Positions 53,431-64,000 of a DNA stretch of 64,000 nt are shown in pieces. A program made the translations under genes and the position numbers. The notes beneath the pieces are model-generated. The model was not told where the DNA came from. It did no database searches and saw only the letters and a list, made by a program, of their open reading frames with translations. Position 1 is the first letter of the stretch, and each line of letters begins with the position of its first letter. The stretch lies in NCBI RefSeq assembly GCF_009914755.1, contig NC_060937.1; one strand, written 5' to 3'. This DNA comes from the human T2T-CHM13v2.0 reference genome, Homo sapiens.

Positions 53431-53535
53431 CCTTCCCATCTCGCTCTTGGGTCATGCCTGGCCAGCAGAAAGCAGCTCCATAGGGGAGGAGAGCCACGCA
53501 GGATCTCACAGCTGCAGTCTAATAGTAACACAGAG
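53427..53535 (+). other. ARL11: ARL11 non-coding exon 1 (5' boundary approximate)
   Basis: Donor acacagag|GTAATT at 53535/53536, pairing with acceptor ctttctcccctAG|g at 55349/55350. Confidence 0.75.
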
Positions 53536-53933
53536 GTAATTTTAACTTTTTACTTTTCTACCCTTGGGAGTAGGGATGAGTAGAGGCTTACCTCCTTCCA
53601 GAGGCAGCTCATATCCCCCCACCCCCATTCCCGGAAGTTGAGATGTCTCTTCTCTGTTCCACGCAGGCATCGTCTAAGTTGGGAACAGGTCTTATGTCTT
53701 AAAATTTGGGATTCTTTAAAAACATATGTGGCTGGGCACAGTGGCTCACGCCTGTAATCCCAGCACTTTGGGAGGCCGGGCAGGTGGATAATTTGAGGTC
53801 AGGAGTTCAATACCAGCCAGGCCAACATGGTGAAACCTCGTCTCTAATATAAATACAAAAAGTAGCTGGGTGGTAGTAGTAGCTGTAATCCCAGGTACTC
53901 GGGAGGCTGAGGCAGGAGAATCCCTTGAACCTA

Positions 53934-54329
<396 letters not shown>

Positions 54330-54342
54330 TTATAAATAGCCC

Positions 54343-54710
54343 CAGTCAGGCACTGCATGAAGACATTTCAGTCAACGACAGACCACATATACAACGGTGG
54401 TCCCATAAGATTATAACAGAGCTGAAAAATTCCTATTTTTCAGCTTAGTGTTGTGGTGCAACCACTACCTTTTCTATGTTTAGATACACGAATACTTAGC
54501 ACTGTGTTACAATAGCCTACAGTACCCATTACAGGAATGCTGTACCGGTGTGTAGCCCAGGAGCAATGGGCCATACCATATAGCCTAGGTGTGGAGTAGA
54601 CTAGACCATCCACGTTTGTGTAATTACAATCTATGATTTTGTAAAATGATGAAATTGCCTAATGAAGCATTTCTCAGAATGTGTCCCCGTCATTAAGTGA
54701 CACCTCACTG
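54343..54710. mobile_element. Tigger3a (MER7/Golem-type) DNA transposon in the ARL11 intron
   Basis: Degenerate TIRs cagtcaggcactgcatgaagac ... gtcattaagtgacacctcactg; internal ggtggtcccataagattataa. Confidence 0.75.
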
Positions 54711-55349
54711 TGTTTCCAAGACATAGTACTGGTCCTTGGGAAGCTCTAAAGAGAGGTCACCGTGAGCTGAACCATCCTTCTCACTCTGTGCATGGAACCC
54801 AGCTTAGCTTCCATTTCAGCATTTAGGCTTATAGGAGGAGAAGAGGTTAGAAGCCACAGACCAGCAAGAATTGAAGACATCGTTCTGTAATTTCTACTGA
54901 ACCAGCTCTGTCTGACTGGAACTTCATTTTGCCTCTTTGCTTTAACTCCTCAGGAATGTCTTCCAGGAGGCCCCTGATCTTCTCTGCTCAGGGACCACTC
55001 TTATCTGACCCAGAGACAGGTTAGCTGATGGTGACTCACACATCCTCACTTCCTTCAAAGCCCAGGCATCTGTTTAAAATCTGACCCTGTGAAGACTTTT
55101 CCTGTTTTGGAAAAGCTCTTCCGTTGTTTGCCTGCACAGATTTGTGCTCCATTTTTAATTTCAATTTTTGTAGAGAAGGCGGGTCCTTGCTTTGTTGCCT
55201 CGGCTTGTTTGAAACTCCTGGGCTCAAGTGATCCTCCTGCCTTGGCCTCCCACAGTGCTGGGATTACAGGTGTGAGCCACTGCACCAGGATGGATTTGTC
55301 TTCCTTCAGAAGACAGTAGCTGATGTGTGCCCTGGCCTTTCTCCCCTAG

Positions 55350-55958
<609 letters not shown>

Positions 55959-56144
55959 TCCAGACAGAGCAGCATATCTTTGCTCATACAAACTAGAAGA
56001 ACCAGCTGATCCTTGAGAAATTTACGCTTAGTCTATCAAACAAGAAATGCTGGCTTGGCCCGGTGGCTCATGCCTGTAATCCCAGCACTGTGGGAGACCA
56101 CGGTGGGGGAATCCCTTGAGCCCAGGAGTTGGAGAGCAACATCA

Positions 56145-56368
<224 letters not shown>

Positions 56369-56396
56369 TCAACATACTTCATTTAATAGCTCGTTA

Positions 56397-56774
<378 letters not shown>

Positions 56775-57126
56775 TCAAATTCAAATATCATCTGGACATG
56801 TCACAATGGATCGCGGATCCTTATGAGTGATTTTCCCCAGTGGCCCCTGGGGATGTGCCACTGTCACTCAGAAGGGCAAGCTAGGCAGGGCCCATACAAC
56901 AGCAGGGGTCTGCAGGTTAGACGTTCCCTGCCCTGGGACGCTCACCCCTGGGCAAGAGGCTGGAAGTTCACACCATCCAAAATTTATCCTTGTTTTTTTT
57001 CTGATGCTAATTAGCCTCTCCCGATTTTATGACATCTTGTGTTGATCTTTTTCAAAAACTCATTTTCTTTTTTTTCCTTCTCTTTTCTCCTTCTTGTAGC
57101 ACATATCTTTCCTTAAAGATCAGATC

Positions 57127-57132
57127 AATAAA
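57127..57132 (+). terminator. ARL11: Candidate ARL11 polyadenylation signal
   Basis: AATAAA ~1.2 kb after the stop, followed by U- and GU-rich sequence (tttatttattcatt...tttagtttgtgg). Another AATAAA lies at 58439-58444. Confidence 0.45.
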
Positions 57133-59331
57133 ATATTTTATTTATTCATTAATTTAACAAAAAAAACAGAGCATTTAGTTTGTGGCAAAAACACTGAGCT
57201 TTCGAATATGAATCATGTGCTTTAGGTGGGAATTGTGAATTCTGAAGATACAGATGACAGTGACGAATGCCTTCTGTCTCATGATTGACAGGGAAAAGGA
57301 AGGTTGACCATAGCATCCTAGAAGGCTCATCAGGTGATCATTACCTAGCATCCATGAAGCACCTGAAATTATTTGCAAAATGTTACGCTTTGGACCATTT
57401 TTCCGGGGAAGGAGATCCAGAACTTTTTACCAGATTTTCAAAGACATCTGTGACTCCCAAAAGTTAACAATCACTGATGTGGTTGTTGTATCCCTCATCC
57501 AACCCCAGAACACTTTCTGTAATCTGAGTTTTTTAATGGCAAGTGGCCTATATTTAGCACCTGTTCTCATGTTAAACAGCTCTGAATGTTAGATATTCTT
57601 TCTTATCCTGGACTGGTTCTCTCTATCTCTGGAGTAATGCAGTATAAATTGGCCATCAGTACCCTCCTAAAATCTGAGATCTGCCAGGCCCCTCTTCTAA
57701 CACCAGGTTAGGCATGCTTGGTTATTTCCAGTACTTGTCAGTCAACATGTTTCAAGACGCTGTGTTAGACACTAGGGATGCAAAGATGAATGAGATAAGG
57801 CCTCAGGCCTCATGGAAGGTGAGACAGTAAAGACATTACTCCCATAAAAATGTGAGGAGAGAGACTCAGTTCAGCAACTGTTTATTCTGTTTATTGAGCA
57901 CTTACTTGGACCAAGCGCTGTGGTCTTGGTGTTTTACATAGACTGTCTCTAATTCTCACAACTCTGCAAAATATATATATTCCCATTTTATAAAACTACA
58001 AACGGAGGCTCAGAGAAGGTGTGACCTCTTGTTGCTTGAGGCACAGAGTTATAAAGTAACATATCTGGAATTTGAAATCAGATCTGTTTAGGGCTAATGC
58101 TGCATTTTTCTACAACATCATGCCTCTAGAAGGTTTAAGCTAGGTAGGCTTTCAGCCAGCAGACATGATGGGGAGAGCCTTCTAATAAGAGGGAAGAGAC
58201 TGCTTGGAAGCATGAAGGGAGGTGTAAGAAAGATAAGTAAGTCAGTGTACTTGCAACAGAGGCTTGGGATGAAGGGTGGGTGAAGTTGACATCACGATAG
58301 AAAACAAAACTGGAATGGGAGTTTAGGTCCAATTTGGGCAAGGTTGTTTGAATTTCAATAATCAGGGGTTTGGGTCAAGGAAGAAAAATCATGGGACTTG
58401 CCATTTAGGAGGATAATTTTGTGGTAGTGTGGAGGTGAAATAAAGAGAAAAGGGAACCTTGGAGCTGGGAAGGCAGGAAACCGGCTAGATGACCATCACA
58501 CAGCAAAGGAGGGAGTGGAAGAGAGATGAGAAAATTGAGAGCTATTATTAAGAAAAACAGTTGAGAGAGGAAGAATTTGAAGAGGGCTCAAGATTTTGAG
58601 TCCACATGACAGAAGGACTGGAATGCCATGAACTGGAGAAGGTGAGCGCTGAAGAACCAGGATGGGACGGGGCTGGAACAGCTGGGTTCAGCTTTTGCAG
58701 GGTGGGTACGTGTTTGGTTATAGCTGCTTTCAGATTGTTCCATTATCTGTACTCCCAACAACCCTGCCGGATATATTTGTTGGCTTTCACTCATGGAGGC
58801 TCATTTCCTTGCATGATTTGTCACTTTTGATTGTGAGCTCATCTGCAGTAGGAGTTGTTTATCCTGTGTGACTCCCATGTGCCCTGGTCTGTAACAACAT
58901 TTCTACAGAGTGGTATCTACTAGGATCCTGGGGATTTCAATTATTTTAGACCAAATATTATGTCAGTTTCTCTGCCTGGGGCTACTGGACCTCAGAGGTA
59001 GTATACATCTGAACTGTGTACCCATTCAATGCACAGGCCTTAGGGATTCCATATGTGACAGGTGACTTTTTTTCCTTGCCTTTATGTTGTAAGACAGACA
59101 GCCTGCCTCCTCAGACTTCCCTGAGCTGGTGGGCAGCATTTTTTGAACCCTCTTTTAAGGAGGGGTCATCTCTCTGATGCTCTTCTTTTTTGCTGAGCTC
59201 AGATTAACATTTTCTACCTGGGTGCAGTGGCTCATGCCTGTAATCCCAGCACTTTGGGAGGCCGAGGCAGGCGGATCATGAGGTCAGGAGATCGAGACCA
59301 GCCTGACCAGCATAGTGAAACCCTGTCTCTA

Positions 59332-59541
<210 letters not shown>

Positions 59542-60321
59542 CTAAGGCCACATGTCCTATTCTCACACAGGTGCTTTAATTTCAGCCCAGTCTCTAGAGC
59601 CTAAATTTGGCTCCTCTGCAATTTCCATGGGCTCTAGGTTTCCAGCTTATACTTACTGCTTTGGCTGTGGTTTCTCTCTTCCATTTCTACCACGTGAGGA
59701 TTTCCTTTTATTTTGTTTAAAGACAGCACGCATTAAAAAAAACTTTTGTTGTTATCGTTTACCCAACATTTCTATGTTTTTTTTTCATGGGAAGGCCATC
59801 TGCCATAATGCTAGAAGTCCTGAACTTGTTTTGATATGTGACCCTGAGCCTTCCCGGGGTGCTGGCAGAATGGTGACATGATTAGATCTGTTCTTAGGAA
59901 GATATCAGGGGCAGCAGCATTTGGGTAGAGGTAGCATCCTGAAGGCAAGGAGACAGGTTAAAGAAAGACCAGAGGTGTCTTTTGACCCAGGTAGACACTA
60001 CTGACACATTGGTCTGCGCAAACAGTTCACCACAGCTGCCCTTTCATGCCATAGGCTCGATTTTTCCTGTTCTCTTGGCAATCCCTCTGGTTCAGCCAGG
60101 ACAGTAGCCTCCTCTCTGACACCAAGATGGACCATGCTCTTCCCCAGCTCCAAATGTGTGCTCCTTGATGGAATAGACACAGTGGACAAGAGGACCCTCA
60201 GGTGGCTTTGAGTATTTGCCTCAAGCCCATCATCCCTGAAGGCAGATGTGCTTGATCTTAACAGAGCCCAGGAAGTCTCCCCTCAGATACAATTTTGGAA
60301 AAAGGACAATGAAAACAAAAA

Positions 60322-60935
60322 GTCATAACTGTCTAGGTTCTTTGCATTTTGAACAAAGAATTGGACAAAAAGCACAAACAAAGCAACAAAAGAAAAGCAC
60401 AGATTTATTGAAACAAAAGTACGCGACACAGAGTGGGAGGGGGCTCGAGCAAGCAGCTCAAGAGCTTTGGTTACAGAATTTTCTGGGGTTTAAATACCCT
60501 CTAGAGGTTTTCCATTGGTTACTTGGTTTACACCCTATGTAAATGAAATAGTGGCCCACGATCAGTCTGATTGATTGCAGAAAGCAACTAATCAGAGGCT
60601 GAAGTGAAGATACAAAGTTACACCCTATGCAAATGTCTGATTGATTGCAGAAAGTGACCAATCAGAGGCTGAAGTGAACTTACAAAGTTATACTCCTCTG
60701 CAAATGAAGACTTGGCCTGTGACCAGCCTGACTGGTTGCAGGAGGGGACCAATCAGAGGTACTTTCAGTTTTCATCTGCAATGCAGGGGAAGTTGGGGGG
60801 TTGCAAAGGGAGTAGCCTCTGATCCTTTTGTTATTTGGGTGTGGAGAGGTGGGCTTTTCTTTTTGATTCAGTTCTAGGAATTCGGCGCGAATCAGCCTTA
60901 GGTTCCCTGCCTCCAGACCCTACTCTCCTGCCTCA
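60322..60935 (-). mobile_element. MER51-like ERV1 LTR
   Basis: gaacaaagaattggacaaaa...repeated (c)caatcagaggctgaagtgaa units...ccagaccctactctcctgcctca. Confidence 0.75.
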
Positions 60936-62044
60936 ATAGCCATGCCCAGTTAGTGTTAACTGTAACTCCCTGCTGGTCTGCCTCCTGCTAGGAGGGACTG
61001 AACATCAAATCACTCGCATCGAATTACTCAGCAGGTGAGTTCTGGGGATGATAACCACACAATTCTCTCTGCACGAAAGATGGGTTTGAGAGCCTCAGAG
61101 TCTGGGGGAAGCTCTGCCAGCCATCCACTTACTGGCTTACTGTTTGCCTGAAGTAAGCATGGGAATCCCACAGGGTACAAGGTCCCGCATACCCTTCTGG
61201 GATTTCCGATGCCCTCTTTGCATGTGCTCTGGTCCATCAAGCTCCCATGCCAGATGCAGTGCTTGTAGTTGCAGCAGTGACCATAGCAGTGGCAACAGTT
61301 CTACAGGGTCACAGAACTTTAGGGAAGCCTCCTAACACCCCTGCTCTTCGTTAGGCTGCAGCTGCTTTCCTGTCCATGATTTAAGCATCCTTAGATCCCA
61401 GCTGTCCAGGAAGCTCTCCCCACGCACCTCAGCCTAAGTCCAGCCTCCCACTGAGCTCCCATGGCATGACTGTCCAGGCCCCAGCGCCCTTGTGCCCTAA
61501 CCGGGGCTGTTCCATGTTGATATGTGGTCTCCTCAGGCATGGTGTACACTACTAGAGAGGAGGGGCCAAGTCTTCCATCCTTCTGACCCTCTTCAAAGCC
61601 TGGAACAAAATTAGATATTGAGAGTTGTTCATTAAGTACCTGAGTGAATAATGAATAATTGATTAAAGCCAGAGAATCGGGTATCACAGTAAGGAGTCCC
61701 TGGGTCCTCCGAACTTTCCAGAATAAAATTCCAAAATGAGAACACCAAGAGGTTCCCTGGCTTGAGAGCCAAAATGGCGGCACAGACCTATATCTCAGGC
61801 ACACTTTGTGGTAAAAACAAGAAGCCAGACACACTCTTTCTAGACACACGTCACACCCAGAATGACTTAGCTTTTAGTCTGTGGAGGAAAAGGGGTGGAA
61901 AGTGGAGACCTGGAACCAGATGAGAAGTCAACGGGAGCAGTAAGTTCAGTGTGTGCCTCCTGTCCCAGCACCTGGGTCAACATGGGCAAGACCTGATGGG
62001 GTGGTGGAGATGCTGACCTTTGCTGCTGCCTCTTGGGCCTGTAA

Positions 62045-62194
<150 letters not shown>

Positions 62195-62633
62195 TGAGTA
62201 ACTGAGACTACGTGGAGTAGCCACCCCACTCGGCTCATTTTTAATTTTTTGTAGAGACATGGTTTTGCCATGTTGCCCAGGCTGGTCTCAGACTCTTGGC
62301 CTCAATGAATCCTCCTGCCCTGGCCTCCCAAAGTGTGGGGATAACAGGCATGAGCCACTGCGCCTAGTCTGCAAATTCACATTGAAAGAAGAGGCCTGTT
62401 TGATAGATCAGTAGGGTGACTATAATTAACATTAATCTAATATGCATTTCAAAAAAGCTACAAGAGAATAATTTGAATGTTCCGCTGCATAAAGAAAGGA
62501 TAAGTGTTTAAGGTGATGGATATTCCAGTTGCCCTGATTTGATTATATTAATGTTACCAAATTATTACATATACTTCAAAAGTATATACATCTATTATGT
62601 ATCAACTAAAAAAATAAGAGTTTTAATTCTCCT

Positions 62634-63467
62634 TGTGGAAAATAAGGGAAGAGACTTCACCTCCCTCCCTTTTCTTAGAGATTTTACTTTAGGAAACTTC
62701 AACTTTTAAGTTCTTTCCTCTGTCTCTTTGAGATGTATGTAAATCTTTTAAAAAGCTAAATAAGGGCCAGGTGAGGGGGCTCACGCTTGTTATCCCCAGC
62801 GCTTTTGGAGGCTGAGGTAGGAGGACTGTTTGAGGCCAGGAGTTCAAAGTTACAGTGAGCCATGATTGCATCACTGCACTCCAGCTGGGCAGCAACAGGG
62901 GCCCTGTGCTTTAAAATAATAATAAATAATAAATTTAAGAAGCTAAATAAGCCTCTTGGCAGCTTTAGGACTTAGAAATATCTTTTTCAAGGACCAAGGA
63001 GCCAACCTTTTGAAACGTAGTCATCAAGAGTTTCAATGGGAGGGTAGGAGCCTGACCTGGCAGGTGCCTCGCTCTAAGTTGCAAAACTACCTCCTGTCCT
63101 AAAGCTATGAGAGGTTTGTTTTTCCTTTGAATAAAGCCAATTAGCTAACATAGATGGTGACATCAGTTACCAGGTGAATCTGTGGTAAACTCTGTGCAAC
63201 AAATGGGGCTGTCAAGTCCTCTTACTTGAGGACTGACTAGCTATTGTCTATGTGGAGAACCTGTCTGGAATAGGTCACCTCTGCATGACTCTATAAAAGG
63301 GTGAGGTCTCTTTCTGTCTTTGTAGTCTCTTAGGGGATTGTGTGGGATGTGCATTACATTTTAGTTGAGTGCTTATTCACTAATGAAACAGTTTTCTTTC
63401 TCCACTCCCTTTGTGGAGAGATTTCCTGGGTTGGCAGAGGTTGACTTTTAATAATATTTTCTCCACA
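62634..63467 (+). mobile_element. MER39-like ERV1 LTR with nested Alu monomer (~62765-62930)
   Basis: gagatgtatgtaaatctttt...gttgcaaaactacctcctgtc...tataaaagggtgag...ttctccaca; Alu TSD aagctaaataag. Confidence 0.6.
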
Positions 63468-63773
63468 GGCCCATCGTCCCCTGACTCTGTGAGCTTTCAG
63501 CCACACCCAGGATCAGTCAGATCAACTGCTCAACTCAAAGGCATCCTAGTGAGCAAGGGAAAACTCAAGGTGGTTTTTGGAGGGTGCTTAGTTAGGAAAT
63601 GATGAACACAGTTCAACATGACTTGCGGCCCTCCCCATGGGCAAGAGTATGAACACCTGTGACTGTTCCTGAACTCACTAAGGAAAGTCTTTTACAGTGT
63701 GTGAAGGGTGACCTGGAGTTTCCTTCCCACATGGCTCATAAGAGCAGCAGCTCAGGAAAAACAAAACAAGTAT

Positions 63774-63814
<41 letters not shown>

Positions 63815-64000
63815 GAGACGGGTTCTCACTCTGTCACCCAGGCTGGAGTGCAGTGGCACAATCATGGCTCACTGCAGCCTCAACTTCGTGGGCACCAGTG
63901 ATCTTCCCATGTCAGCCTTCTGACTGGCTGGGACTACAGGCATGCCCCCCATGTCTGGTTATTTTTTAAAAATTTTTATTAGAAGGCCAGGCGTGGTGGC

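Overview
Primate, almost certainly human, repeat-dense DNA that I recognise as 13q14. The left part holds the non-coding 5' end of RCBTB1 on the minus strand: a CpG-island exon 1 ending at 9946 and an 80-nt exon 2 that is an exonised antisense Alu (5009-5088). The right part holds ARL11/ARLTS1 on the plus strand (non-coding exon 1 ending at 53535; single-exon 196-aa CDS at 55368-55958), which carries Arg rather than Cys at codon 148. The ~43 kb between them is a retroelement mosaic: about 60 Alus, a young SVA, an HERV-K(HML-2) LTR5 solo LTR with a nested AluY, an ERVL/LTR16 remnant, LTR8, MER50, MaLR and L1/L2/MIR fragments. I found no new gene system. The most unusual structures read directly from the sequence are (i) an SVA whose TSDs enclose ~230 bp of 5'-transduced DNA and a CCCCTCT heptamer head, and (ii) two short local inverted duplications (29070-29227 vs 31969-32127, ~91%; 47303-47423 vs 48687-48807, ~83%) that look like templated insertions. 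Gene and repeat-subfamily names come from my recall, not a database search; identities are hand counts.
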